NCBI GenBank assembly: GCA_951406725.2
Contig: OX597814.1
Location: 62,248,001-62,312,000, forward strand
DNA length: 64,000 nt
From: Octopus vulgaris
Taxonomy: Eukaryota
Direction of reading: 5' to 3'
This document shows, one piece after another, positions 1 to 13,639 of the stretch (positions within the stretch are counted from its first letter, which is position 1; each line of letters begins with the position of its first letter). The position numbers and the translations under genes were made by a program. Under the pieces are notes generated by a model. That model did no database searches, was not told the origin of the DNA, and was given only the letters and a program-made list of their open reading frames with translations.

Positions 1-895
1 GATGCCTCTTAGAAGATCATCAGCATATACATGATTAAAAGATAATGCTAACTTTTAGAGAGCCTGAAGAGCTACCCATAGAATATTCTTTAGAATGATA
101 TATAAATAAAGCTTCTTGTGTTTTCCAAGAAATGCAATGAAATGCTCGCTGTTAATTTAAGAATGAAAGGCAAACTTGATCTTGGTGAGAGTTGAATGCA
201 GAATGTAAAGGACTGGAAGAAATACTGCAAGCAATGTTTGAGATGATATTGGAAGCAGGCAACTGATATTAGAAAGGAGGCATGACTAGCCAAATTGGTG
301 GATGAGTGTGGATGATTAAGGTGTGATGGTGATTTAGTAAAATAATGAACCCAACAAATTTTAAGTAAAAATTTCAGCAAGGAGAAAAATTCATCTGATA
401 CCAAAAATGGGAACATGTAAGCTGGGCAACCTGCATTGTAGGTTACCCAGCTAAGAGGGCAGTAACTCAAATAAAAACTGACAAGGACTGGAAGAGATTT
501 TTTAGGTGTTCTTGCAGGGAACAACTTCTAGTACAAGTGGCACAAGAAAATTTACCTCATACACTCAATAAAGTGGTTGGCGACAAGATGGACATTCAGT
601 TGTAGTATGAAATTGAAATGTATGAGAGAAATATTGATTCTGCAAATTACACTTTTAGGTAGGCAGTATCTTTGAATAAGAGATGATACAAATAGACAGA
701 AATCCTCAGTCCTCCCCTAGTGATAATGCCATGATAAAATGTACTTAATGCATGCACAACATTAGCCAGTTTTGTCTGTTGCGGTGTGCACAAAGTGACA
801 TAGATGGTGATGACCTGTCTAAACTATGCCAATATATATATAAAAAAACACAAGGTGATAATGATAGTGACAGCTTTCATTTCAACATCAATTTA

Positions 896-1801
896 CAAAG
901 GGGGTACCCAAAAGAAACCAGAATTTTGCAATGTTATTTTATTCACTTAGTTTTATATGTTTACACTTTTATCGCCTTCAAAGTATTCTTCATTTGAAGC
1001 AATACATTGGTCCAGATGCATTTTCCACTGTTCAAAGCAGTGCTGGAACTCTTGTGAAGTGATGGCTTTTAACATCTGCTTTTTTTTTTCTTCACCTATT
1101 TCACATTTGCAAATTCTGTAGCACCAGCTTTTGTCACCTGTGATGACCTTCAAAAAAAGGTCTGGATCAACTTCCAACTGTTCTTTCAGTTCATGACATG
1201 CATTTAGTCATAACTACTTTTTATCTTCCATGAACAAGTGAGGCATAAATTTTGCTGCAACTCTTTTCATTTGCAATTCCTTGCTCAAAATTCATTGGCA
1301 GGAGCTCCAGGTCATACCAATCATATCAACAAGTTTGTCAATTGTTCAGTGATGGACTTCCAAGATCAGCTCATGAATTTTCATGACATTTTCATTCACT
1401 CAGGAGGCCGATGGTCACCCTGAATGAGGTTGGTCTTCAAGCAACAGATGGCCATTCCTCAAGCGTGAAAACCACTCATAAATCTGTGTTTTGCTTATAG
1501 CAGCATCCTTGTAAGCTGTTTGAAGCATGACAACTGTTTTGGCCACCGTTTTCCCCAGAAGAAAACAGAATTTCACAGAAGCATGCTGTTCCCTCATTTC
1601 AACTATTGCAAAAATTGACAAACAAAGGAGAAGGACTGCAAAACAAAGATGCACCACATAGCAGTACAACTCCACCCAAAGCTGCCGGTCAACAGATTGA
1701 TGCCTGAGGGCTGCATCAAGTGGCTTCTAGTGGCAGAAGCCTGAACTACAATGGGCTTATTTCACGGAGAATGTTTGCGGTTACTTATGGGTACCTCCTT
1801 G
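896..1801 (-). mobile_element. Internally deleted mariner transposon
   Basis: Imperfect TIRs (CAAAGGGGGTACCCAAAAGAAACC / revcomp CAAGGAGGTACCCATAAGTAACC) flanked by TA. Minus-strand fragments: HTH region (EQHASVKFCFLLGKT...YEWFSR...EDQPHSG), first catalytic D (VITGDKSWCY), then a jump to the C-terminus (CFEQWK...YFEGD). The catalytic core is deleted. Confidence 0.85.
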
Positions 1802-2991
1802 TATGTCCATTTGTCTAAAAAAGTTAGGAAGTTTTTTCTCTTATTGTAATAAGTTAGTCATTTCTTCTGCTAACTATTCAACTGGTAAAATATATATAAC
1901 AAGGATTCTCCAACTAGTCAGAATGAAGTAAATAAGAAACCAGAAAAAAGAGAAACCAGTGATGCATTGGCAACAATCATTTAAAAAAGTTCATATATTT
2001 GGATAAATTTATAAGCCATGGGGAAACAAGAATATTGAGATTTCAAGCAAAGCTCTTAAGAGAAAATTTGATAAATGTTTATTGTAGCCTTGAGAGAAAG
2101 GTACATAGCCATTGTTGTGACATTTGAACTCACTGCCCTAAGTAAAATGTAATGGTAATACTGATTCTAATGATGATAGAAATGAAATTGCAAATATATG
2201 ACAATCAATGAGTTACTGAAAAAGAATATATTAAAAAACATAAACCAGTGAATAAAAATTAGTCTAGTTATGACAGCAGCCATAATATTCTTTCCATTGT
2301 TCAGCTTTCTAATTTCACTAATCCAGTTTAACTATTGCAATAATCCTAGTAATTAAATATTCAGTATTTGAAGTGCACTAGAGAGCAGATATAAACTGTT
2401 AATTAGGTGGCCAAAGTGTCAGTGGTGGAGTCAGTGCCAAAGAACTGACAATGATACCTGTGTTAGATGCTCTGTCAATAAGTAACTTTGTTGAACTCTA
2501 ATTGAGATTGGAGATAGCCTGGCTACTTGTCACGAAATACAAGTCTTCTATTATATTACTTACTTCAATCATTAACCCATAGTTATGCTGGGATATTACC
2601 CTCTAGAATATTACTGGTTGTGTCAAGTCCAATACTTATTTTATCAACCCATTGATCCACCCACATGCTCAAAGAGTGAAAAACAACATTGATCTGGATA
2701 GGATTTCAACTAAAGAGCACAAAGAGATCTTAATAAATACCATGCTCCACTGATTCTATCAACCTGCTGGTATATAGATTAGCAATGTAAGCTTTATGAA
2801 TAGCAAAACACAAACAAAAAATTAAAATGTAGATACAGAACTCTAGTAATAAATAAGGAACAGTAACTAATTGCTGAAAGCAACTTGGAGTTAATGGTTA
2901 AAAGTTAAAAATTTCACAAGTTGTTGCTCAATATCATGAAACTGTTGTGACTGATAAAATCAGTACAAACCATCGTTCCCATAACAATGTG

Positions 2992-3023
<32 letters not shown>

Positions 3024-3025
<2 letters not shown>

Positions 3026-3420
3026 GATATATGGATGCGAGACCTGGACATTAAAGAAAGCTGACCAGAAGAGAATTAATGCATTCAAGTTTTGGTGTTG
3101 GAGAAGACTTTTGAGGATTCCACGGACAGCGAAGCAGATAAGGTCGAAAATGTCGCTAGAAGCTGGGATCACCAAGCGTAGATTGGCATATTTCGGTCAT
3201 ATTATGCGGAGAAAATCCCTGGAGAAGGACATCATGCTCGGAATGGTCAGTGGCAAGAGAGGAAGAGGCCGACCAAGAACCCGCTGGCTTGACACCATCA
3301 GGAGTGATACCGGAATGGACATGGCCAATCTAAAGGAAGCGGCCCAGGATAGAACTGACTGGAGGACACTGATCCAACGAGTGACCAAGAGTCGACTTCG
3401 ACTGAGCGGATAGAGAGAGA
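3024..3420 (+). mobile_element. RTE (BovB-like) LINE 3' end
   Basis: Translates YGCETWTLKKADQKRINAFKFWCWRRLLRIP...LAYFGHIMRRKSLEKDIMLGMVSGKRGRGRPRTRWLD...VTKSRLRL*, then a short GA tail. 5'-truncated at a (TA)n tract. Confidence 0.85.
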
Positions 3421-3467
3421 GATACACAATAAAACTTACTTGGAAAAGGATGCGTGGCGTTCGATCA

Positions 3468-3971
3468 TATAATAATATAAATAATATATAAATATATGCA
3501 TATATACATACATATATGTACATACCTACATATGTATATATACATGCATATATGGGTACATGACATCGAAAAAACATTGAACACAATGAGAAATGAAAAC
3601 ATAAAAACAAAAACATAGAGAACGAACATTTTTTCAAACAACGGAAAAAACAGAGAAACAAGACATGCAACATAAAGAATATTCCCCTTCATCAGTTGTC
3701 CCTGTTTCATCTTCTCTGCATTTTGAAGACAAGGACAATGCGGAGTAGATGAAAGAGGGATAACTGTTGAAGGGGAATATTCTTTATGTTGCATGTCTCG
3801 TTTCTCTGTTTGTCTTTTTCGTTGTTCGAAAAAAGTTCATTCTCTATGTTTTTATTTTTATGTTTTCGTTTCTCATTGTGTTCAACGTTTTTTTATGTCA
3901 TGTACCCATATATGCATGTACATATATGTATGTAGGTATGTACATATATGTATGCATATATTTATATTATA

Positions 3972-3972
<1 letters not shown>
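3468..3972. repeat. ~250-bp-arm foldback: two inverted copies of a dispersed repeat
   Basis: 3468-3722 is the approximate reverse complement of ~3737-3972, with a ~14-nt spacer. A third copy of the left arm lies at ~56835-57088. Confidence 0.85.
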
Positions 3973-4011
<39 letters not shown>

Positions 4012-4136
4012 GTCTGGAGAGAGTCATAGTGCCAATGACTCCCCATCAGGTGGCAAAATTTGTTTCAACACACAAATTCACATAAGGAATCTTGCAAACC
4101 AGATACAAAAACAATATATATATAACTATGGATTAA

Positions 4137-5215
4137 CTAGAGAAGAAATTTTAGGTGTGGAAGCAAGGTCTGGAATCAAAGGGCCTTGCAGTTAATTTAG
4201 CAAAGACCAAAGTCTTAGTAAGTAGGAAAACAGACAAATCACAAATCTCTTCAGAGAGATGGCCCTACTTGATATGTAGAAAAAGTGTAGGTAGAAACTT
4301 GATAAGGTGTACCGAGTGCAAGCTATGGACACATAAGACAAGCAGCAGTATCACAAGAAGGTTAACAGTGAAAGTAGTCTTTGTGTGTGACAAATGTGTA
4401 GGTACAATAACCATTGAGAATGTACAGAAAATAGACTGTTAAATGCTTGGGGTGATACTAGCTTCTATTACCTAGGTGACCAAATCATCAGTAGAGGGGG
4501 ATACTCTGAAAGTGTAGCTGCTAGAATAAGAATGGGCTGAGCGAAGTTCAGAGAGCTTCTATCTTTGTTGGTAACAAAGGGTCTCTCCCTCAGAGTGAAA
4601 GGTAAAGTGTATGATGCCTGTATGAACAGCCATGCTACATGACAGTGAAACATGAGCTGTGACTGCAGAGGACATGCAATAGCTTGAAAGAAATTAAGCT
4701 AGTATACTTTACTGGATGTGCAATGTCAGTGTGCACACACAAGAGTCTAAGTGTCTTAAGAGAAAAATTGAGTATAAGAGGCATCAGACTTAGTGTGCAA
4801 GAGAGAAGACTGCACTGGTATGGTCATGTGATACATATGGACAAGGACAGCTGTGTAAAGAAGTGCTGATCTGTACCTGTGGAGGGAGCCTGTGAAAGAG
4901 GTAGACCCAGGAAAAATGGGATGAGGAGGTGAAATATGATCTTTGGAAGTTGAGCCTCATGGAGGTGATGACAAGTGGCTGAGACTTTTGGCAATTTTCT
5001 GTGCTTGGGATGACATGTTAAGCTAAATGAAATTGTAGTTGTGGTTAGTGCTATGTGAAGGGCACTTGTGCCAGTGACACATAAAAGTGATTGACATTAG
5101 GAAGGGCATCCAACTGTAGAAACCAGGCCAAAACAGACTAAAGCCTGGTACAGCTCTCTGGCTCAAAAATCCCCGTCATGCCAGCATGGAAAACAGATGC
5201 TACATGATGATGATG
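4137..5215 (+). mobile_element. RTE-clade LINE 3' fragment (dominant family) with 3' tail
   Basis: Degenerate RT: WKQGLESKGLAVNLAKTKVL, YLGDQI, LRVKGKVYDAC, RRLHWYGHV, GRPRK. Tail contains AGGAAGGGCATCCA and ends in (GAT)n. Confidence 0.85.
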
Positions 5216-5443
5216 CACACACACACACACAATGGGAGAAATTTAATAGAAAATGCTGGGGTCAAAATTGCAAGTGACATTATACTTTAGTGTAAAAAAA
5301 GATAAGAGGATAAAATATATTACAGGTTTTAAGGTACAAATGTATGGGCCATGTTATATTAGTAAATGCACTAATTGCATTCTACTAAAACATGCTAATG
5401 GGAAATGGTATAAACATCTAGAGATTAGGGTGTTCTAAAAATG

Positions 5444-6526
5444 TCAGTCTACAAAATTTGGGGATGGAAATGTTTCTGTTGAATAGACAAGCACTTTTCA
5501 CAATCATTGGAGCGCAAAGCACTTCTCATGAACTCAGTTCATGAGATGGTTGTGATCTGTAAACAGTTTTGAGCAGGAACTGGAAAAAGAATGACCACTC
5601 AATGCACATGTGCACAATGAATTCGTAAAATGGAAGAGAAGAATAAAAATGATATGTGCATGTCAAAATAAAACAGAAGAGAAAAATAAAAACACAATGT
5701 CAAACAAGACATATGATGGTTCTCATGCCACTTCTAACACCATTATCACACAGCTTTGCTGCAATTTTCTTGTTTTAAGTTGAGTACAGATATTAGTTTT
5801 CACCAATTATGTCAGGATCTCTGGCAACAAGCAATCAAGTACAATCAAACTGGGATGCAAAATGAGCATCAAGATATATTTTTTTTCTTCAGCCATTTAG
5901 ATCAATTTCCACAGGATTTGGGAGACATCATTGAGAAAATACCACCAAGAAATGAAGGTAATAGAAGAGCAATATCAAGGGAGATGGGATGTGGATGTGA
6001 TGGCTGATTACTGTTGAAATATAAAAATGGACTACACAATGTTAAAACATTCAAGGATGTCGAAGAAACAGAGATTTATTCCTTCATAATGACATTTGAC
6101 ATTTTTAAGAGATATGTCACAGGCATATAATTTGCAGATTTAGTTGTGTTTAAGATTTTGTACCAATAGAATAGAATGACCCCAGGCCTCCTTTTGTAAC
6201 ATCTCAATTTCTGGTCAAAATCTTATTACAATTAAACTATCTATCTACCAAATCAGCGATATTCATAATTTTACTATACTTTATGCAAGGGAAGAGTAAT
6301 AATGAAACATTTTTTGCATTTTGGCTCACTGCTCCAAAATTAAAATCAGAATATAAAATCAAGGAAAATTGCATTTTTTGTGAAAAATCATGGTAGTGCG
6401 TATACAAAGACCCTGACATGATTGGTGAAAACAAATAGCATATCTGGATTCAGCTTGAAAAAATGCTTCAGAAACACTTGTCTATTCAACAGAAAAATTT
6501 CCTTCCTCAAATTTTGTAGACCAATA
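5444..6526 (+). mobile_element. Chapaev-3 (CMC) DNA transposon remnant
   Basis: Inverted termini GTCTACAAAATTTGGGG / CCTCAAATTTTGTAGAC. Internal frameshifted C-terminal motif (FFSHLDQFPQDLGD..., then HQEMKVIEEQYQGRWDVDVMADYC) that I recognise as Chapaev-3 type. Confidence 0.7.
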
Positions 6527-6619
6527 ATTATTGTTCCAAACAGAAAACAAAGGAAATATGAAAATCATTAACAGAAAATGTTTAAACATAATTATTACTT
6601 GGATTGGTAGTTATCGGTC

Positions 6620-7540
6620 AGATCACACTATCACAGTATATGCTGATGGAACTTCCCTGACCATATATTAACTCAAGTATGTGCAAAGGTTTGGCTTTGT
6701 CCTTGCCATGCTTTCTCCTCTTCATCAATGGCCTATTTTCTCTCTCCAAAAACCCCCAGTCATACACTGATGACACCACCCTTGATTTTTCATTAACCTC
6801 TTACACCTATGCATCATCCACATCTAACTTAGATCTCCAACCAAAACTACACTGATTTCGTAAGCAATGACCTGAAAAACATCCTCCAATGAAGTGATGT
6901 CAATACTGTCTCCATCAACAGCACAAAGATACAATCACTGCTCCTATCAAGAACACAAACCACCCTCTCTAAACACAAATAGTAGGCAACTAAAACCCAC
7001 TAGGTCACTATAAATGCTACACCTTACCCTCATTGAGTTCTCCAGGAAAACTCAACATAGTAAAGACTATCCTTCTTCTTTAAAACCAGAAAATACTTCA
7101 GACCCCATCAACTAATTCTCTACAAAGCTAAAGTGTAACTTACAATAGAGTACTGTTCACACATTTGAGACTATGCTGCTGCTACACACAAGCATCACAA
7201 ACACTATCCAACTTCTAGCCCACAGATGTGCTGACTCTTTTCTGCATTTTCAACCACAGCTTCAATGGCTTCTACTTGGAGCAGGCTGATCTTGGGCTAT
7301 TACTACTCAGACACTCCTGATTCAGTCACCTCTTCTCCAACTGTCATCCTTATTGTTTCAACCTACTGAAGCTTCACACATATAATATGTCCAGCCCGTC
7401 TTCTCCAAAACATCAACACACACAACCACACAAGTTGCTGCACTGTTTCTCTCTACCAAATTTCACTCACAGTGCTTTGGTCAACCTACCTTATACTAGA
7501 AGACATTTGCTGAAAGTTCAGCACAATAGGATCAAATCTA
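6620..7540 (+). mobile_element. Highly decayed non-LTR RT fragment (CR1/L2/Jockey group)
   Basis: Remnants of LFLLFIN, YTDDTTL, NSTKIQSLLLS and LYKAKV..IEYCSHI. Many stops. Confidence 0.6.
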
Positions 7541-9619
7541 CATATTTGCAAAGTGTACCTCTTAATCATATGGACATGTATCTGTTATAGGCATAAATTT
7601 TATAAAGTTGTTAGTGGGTTGTTGAGATGAAAAATCAAACCTTGTTAGCAACATTGGAAGTAAGAACTAATTAGTACCAGTAAGTTCATCAATCAAGCAT
7701 CAAGAGTATTATTCCCTTCTTACCAACAAAATCATAGAACATCAGATACGAAAATCTGATGTTCTTTAATGACTAAAGAACACAAGAAGAGCTAGTCCTG
7801 AAAGTAAAGTGATGTACAAGCACGCTTAAAACATCCACTTGCACCACATTCTGTCAACACAAAAAAATGAACTATAGATTATACCAGTAATGTCTGCATT
7901 CTCAATCTCTTCTTGATTATTTAAAAAATTAATTGAAACATCAATTCTACCAATGATAACTGCTGAGAAAAGGAAATTATCATGCTCTGAGTCCACCTTA
8001 CCCATCTCTCCTGTGGCCACCAGTGGCATATAAAGAAAGTCGAACAGGAGTGCCACATGGCATTCTATATGTGATAAGCCATTGCTGTCTGATGTGTAGT
8101 AAGATCCTCTGTTCAACACAGACATACTATATCTGGGACAGTGGATCTGTGGATCACACCTGCCATTTGACTTTTTTTTTTATGCTTATAGAGCTACTCG
8201 TTGTAGTAAAAGACTTTGTTTATAACAATGACAACTAAGGCCTCATTAAGATTTTGTCAGAAAATTATGTAAATTGAGGTGTTAGAATGGAACATTTTCA
8301 AAAGCCAGATCAAAATTAGATGTCATGTGATTTATGTAGTAAATAAACAATTTAATACTACAGTTTAAATGAAATTCAGCAAAGCTAAGTGAAGTTGTCT
8401 GTGGTAGAATTAGTGGTGTTGAGTAGGCCTGAACAGTTCATCAGTACTTAATTTAGTTAGGGAACATACTAGACACTCCATTAAATAATGCCTGCTGTGT
8501 GAATAATACTATGGTAGTCAGAGTGTAGAGAACCTGCAAAGGTCATGGGAACAATCCCGTCCTTCTGACTAAAACTATTAAAAAACGTTTTGCAGTTTAC
8601 TTTGTTCAGAGACGTTCCAAGGCATTAGTAATGTTATAATAAAACCATTTCCACAAAATCATCTTAAATGTCTTATATATTAATTCATGTAATATAAAAG
8701 ATAGAAAATATTAAAAAGAAATTGAACAAAAGTAAAAATAGTCATATATACACAATAAAAGACTGCGAAAATGTGAAGCTGTACCACTCCCAATTCTGAG
8801 AGCTGTTCCAAGAAAAATGTTATAAAAATGGTAACTAGAGTAAGAAGTAAGACAAGAGGAAAACATGAGAAGTTGGGTAAATGCAGATCTTAAACTGGTT
8901 ATGATAGAATATAAGTTACAAATGAATATACTAACATTATTGATGGTATTGATAAAAGAGAGTAAACCAGCTAGACAAAGAAGCATCTGAGAACTAATAC
9001 ATACATATTATACATTATAAATAACTGTTGGTAAAAACAATGTTAGACTGGCCAAAAAAAAATATTTTGAAACAACTGGTTTTCTATAGAAAATTGTATC
9101 AGCATATGTCAGTACATACACATCACTATATATTGCCATTTAGTAAAAAGACTAAATATAAAAGCAATACAACAGAAACCATCATATGATTATAAAAAGA
9201 AATAAACACTATTTAATACTTAACCACCTGAAACGGTTTGTGGTCACACTATGAAACAAATATTCTATTTTAAGTTATATAGAACCTATGGTTGTATTAC
9301 AAAATCAATTCAAAAGATAGTTTATATATTTTTCTAAACACCCTCAAAAGACTTGATTATCTGCACGACCCTGTTTGGATCACTTTCACTCATTAAAATA
9401 AATGTATATCAACAGAAATTTACTAAATAAAACACCTAAGAACGTGACCTTGTTCTCTTTTTATCATTATCATTTGGCACTTTTTAATACGAGGTTCATG
9501 ATCACTGCTTATAAATGATAACAGAGAAAAAGACATTTTCATAAAATCTAAAAGTACAGGGAAGCTGTTGTGAAATGACAAATCAGGGAAACGAAATTTA
9601 GGTCAGCTACATTCTGAAA

Positions 9620-10030
9620 TGCTTATAAGTGTAATATTATACACACATTCCCACCAAAACCATAATGGAAATCCTAATAATCTCCACAAAGCCAAACTGG
9701 ATCCCATTATACAAAAGTGAGACAATTTGTAAGCCACTAGATATTTTATTTTGTTCTGCACCCCATTCTTATTGAAGAAATCTAACATGTATTTTTGGAA
9801 GAAAACCATATTCTTCATTATCATCAATATGGTTTTAAATTTTTTTTTAATAGCTTTGTCAGGAGAGGAAGGGCAGTGTTCATAAACTTTTCCAAGGTCT
9901 CCAAAGCTGGTGGGAGAAAGATCTTGATAACCTCTAGATCAGAGACCAATTCTGAACACAACAGAGTGGATTCTAATGAAGGTACTAAAGGGTCAGATAG
10001 TGATATCAATTCAAACAATGGATTAAGTAT
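9620..10030 (+). mobile_element. Decayed LINE RT N-terminal fragment
   Basis: FLEENHILHYHQYGF and RAVFINFSK resemble RT domain 1-2 motifs (QYGF, AVFLDFSKAFD). Confidence 0.45.
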
Positions 10031-11399
10031 ATCACCCACCAAAGCTATAGTACATCAAGATTTGTTAGACGTCATCATCATCATTTAAAATCCATTTTCC
10101 ATCTGACATGGGTTGGACAGTTGACAGGAACTGGTAATTCCAGGGGCCAAACCAGGTTCAATAGTCTGTTTTGGTTTGGTTTCTACAGTTGGATGCCTTT
10201 CCTAATGCCAACCACTCCACAGAATGTACTAGATGCCTTTTATGTAACATCATCGCAGGTGCTTTTTAAGTGGTACCATGCAACTCTGAGATATTGATCA
10301 ATTAATGAAAGAAATTCCAATAGATTTGTACATACAACATGAAAGGATGACTATGCTGAGTAAAAAAAATCAATACAAGCTGAGAAAAGTTACCCACTGT
10401 AAAGGAAGACATGAAATGTATTTAGATTTCATCTGAGAATGCTAGATGTCACACATTAAGATACTTGGTGAAACACTGCATTGTTGACTCATGATATATA
10501 TTATACATAGAAAATTGTAAAGAAAACTGAATGCACTCGAGAAATATTCAATATATGAGTTGAAGAGACCTAATATCGTATCCTTCAATGGGCTTAAATG
10601 CAAGGGTTGCAAACTAGAGCTTCAACACAACTCTTGTTTCTCCTTAGTCTTGCCCCACTATTAATTCCAAGCAACTTTTGTACCCTTTGTGTACAAATAG
10701 TCAGGCAACTAACACTGGAATTGTTTCCCCTGTTTCCATATTATTGTTAGAGCAACATCTAAGGCCAGAGGTATTCCAGTTGTAGCCATTCTTTTTTAAG
10801 GACATCCAGGACTACATTATTCCTTTCAGTTTTTAAGATAGAAGAGTGTGATTTAAGGGAGATGTGATTGCTATTTGTAATAGGTTGAGTGGCATTATAG
10901 GGGCTCCTTTGATACTTTTATTTAATAGACTAGCACAACAGTATATTTGATCTTGTAATCACATATAACCACTATACAGATTCTGTAAAATTGTAATGAG
11001 TTGCTCATAAAATTGTAGTGTCTTAGATGGGAGCTAACTTTAAATTGATATGAATTTCAACATATTTCCATTGAAAGTTTCTTACAGTTAACATTATAGG
11101 GATTCCTTTAAAAAAATAAAAACAAAGGAAAAAGAAATACTATTATTCAAACTAATGAAAAAAATACTAGCTGTTTACCAGCAGAATAAAGACATTTTTC
11201 TCCAAGCATCAGAACTTCATAAAGTAGAGGTGTTTCAGGTCTATGACCAACAGACCAGGCCCAATAAGCTAACTAAACAATTAGTGTCAATGATTTATAA
11301 ATGAAAAATAAAATTGCATTATTTTATGTTTTTCTGACAAACTTCATATCAATATCCTTCTGCTCTTTTTGCCAAAAGGAACTCTGTACCAATTTTGCA

Positions 11400-13620
11400 G
11401 GAGGATGAAGCACTGGCAGTTACCAATGCATTGAACAAAGCATACCACTTCACCCTTGGCTGCACCAATCTCATTGTTGCAGTTGACTACAAACCTCTCT
11501 TGAAAGTATTTGGTAATTGCTGCCTGGATGACATCCTGAACTCTTGATTGCGCAACCCGAAAGAAAAAAACTCTACGGTATAACTTCAGCATCATTCATG
11601 TACCAGGTACTCACCATGCAGCAACCAGCACTGTTGGAGAGCCCACACCACCAAACCTCCCAGACGATGTTGCCGACATGACCCATCCAACTGAGCAACT
11701 CAGCCATCCGTCTCTATCAGAGTCTTTCCTAGCAACCATATGCTCTACCAGAGATGACAACACTACAACATTCTCTCACAACGACTACATTTCACCGGTT
11801 ATGGAGATCATCCAATCTGTCACATGGAACATGGTCCACACTGTTACCACCAGTGACCCAAGCATGGTCAAACTCAAGGACACAATCACAAAGGACCATT
11901 CCAAAGTCCCCCCAAAGTTGTAGCAGTACTACGAGTTTCGTGATGAACTCGCCAGCTTCAATGGAGTCATCCTGTATTGTGACAGGGTTGTCATGGCTAC
12001 CTCCCTTTGCATGCAGGTCCTCAAGGCATTACACTCAGTGCATCAGGGTGTAACACAAATATATTCCAGAGCAAAGACATCCTTCTTCTAGCCAGGCATG
12101 ACTCCAGTCATTATTGAAATGTAGGAATGCTGCTCAGCCTGCAACTGAATGGCACTCTCCCCATGCCTCCAATGAACCCTGCCTACCCATTCCAAAGCCT
12201 GGTTGCCGATTACTTCCAGTACTATGGCCACCACTACCTCATAGCTGTGGACAGATACAGTAACTGGCCCTTCGTGGAGAAAGCATCGAATGGCGCTGTG
12301 GGACTTATTGCTGCCCGACGCCACATCTTTGTGACATATGGCATCAGCAATGAACTGACATCAGATGGAAGACCAGAGTTTACTTCTCAGCAAATGGTCA
12401 CCTTCGTCCATAATTGGGAAGTGCAACACAGAATTACCTCTGTTGCATTCCCCATGGCAAGCGCTGTGCCAAAATCAGTGTCAAGACAATAAAGTGCCTC
12501 GCTACAGACAACACTGATCCGAATGGCTTCCTCAACACTGACAGTTTCCAACGCGACAATACAGAAATATACCTGACTGAGATACACACTTGTCCCCAGC
12601 CATGTGCATCTTTGGCCACCCAATATGAGACTTTATTCCCATCCATCCCAGCAAATACTAGTCATACTTAACATGTGTGAGACTATGACTTCTAATGAAG
12701 AAGCCTTGTGTAACCACCACATGTGTGCTACTGAACGGTTGTCAGAATACATATGCCCACTTCCACTACTGACTGCTGGAGACTGTATCCGAATCAAGTT
12801 GGACCCAATCCTACCAAATGGAACAAAACTGGTGTCCACATAGAGGTGTGCCAGTTCGATCGGTACGTAGCGAGAGTGGATGGCTGAGGCTGAGTCACTC
12901 TGCACAACAAAAAATTCCTCTAAAAGTATCTACCGGTTGTTCCTCATGCACCACCACTCATGGCCCCTGGATCACCTGCATTCCTGACATCAAAACCAAT
13001 GATGAGACTACCTTCTCAACCCAGTTTAACAGCTCTTCCTGTGGCTACACCAACCATGCCTCAGGCCTACCCAACACACCCACTTCCTGACACCAAGACC
13101 ACCACAACCGGGAACCTATCTTCACCACCTACCCCTAGAGCCATGTCAACTTCCCCTACCTTCACTACTTCAGGATGTGCCACCAATGGTAGTACCCTGA
13201 GAGCCCTTCAGGCCTTATAACCACACAACACCCCTGGCCTCCAAGAGCGACCCTTGCCTGATGCAGCTGATCCTCCGTCCAGCAATTGCCCCGTTCATCG
13301 CTCCGCCAGACTGGCAAAGACTGACATAAAAGCCTGATACACAACTGACACATTGCCCCTAGATCGTCACACCATCAATATTAATTGTTTCTCACATTAA
13401 TTATCCCATTTTCTTTAACCATTTACTACATATTATCAGTCTTTTTTGCTTCCCTCCAAAGACTTAGGGAGGGCATAGAGGATTATAACTAAACACACAT
13501 ATATCATTTATTACTTTACATTCAATTCGCCGTACATTATTCATTGCATTATCTATCATCTTTTCCTTCAGATTTCAGGTATACTGAAGACCCTTTTTGT
13601 CATTGCTTCAATCTACGTAA
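11400..13620 (+). mobile_element. Ty3/gypsy pol remnant (RNase H-integrase) with polypurine tract
   Basis: ALNKAYHFTLGCTNLIVAVDYKPLLKVF (RNase H), LHSVHQG...CSAC (integrase HHCC) and PFQSLVADYF...YLIAVDRYSNWP...LTSDGRPEF (integrase core). Purine tract AGGGAGGG at ~13466-13473 precedes a possible partial 3' LTR. Confidence 0.85.
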
Positions 13621-13639
13621 AAAAAAGTGCTGGTGAAAG

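Noticed and set aside
3197-4195. Long hydrophobic ORFs (158, 109, 142 aa)
   Set aside because: They arise from the foldback repeat and TA microsatellites, with no protein signal.
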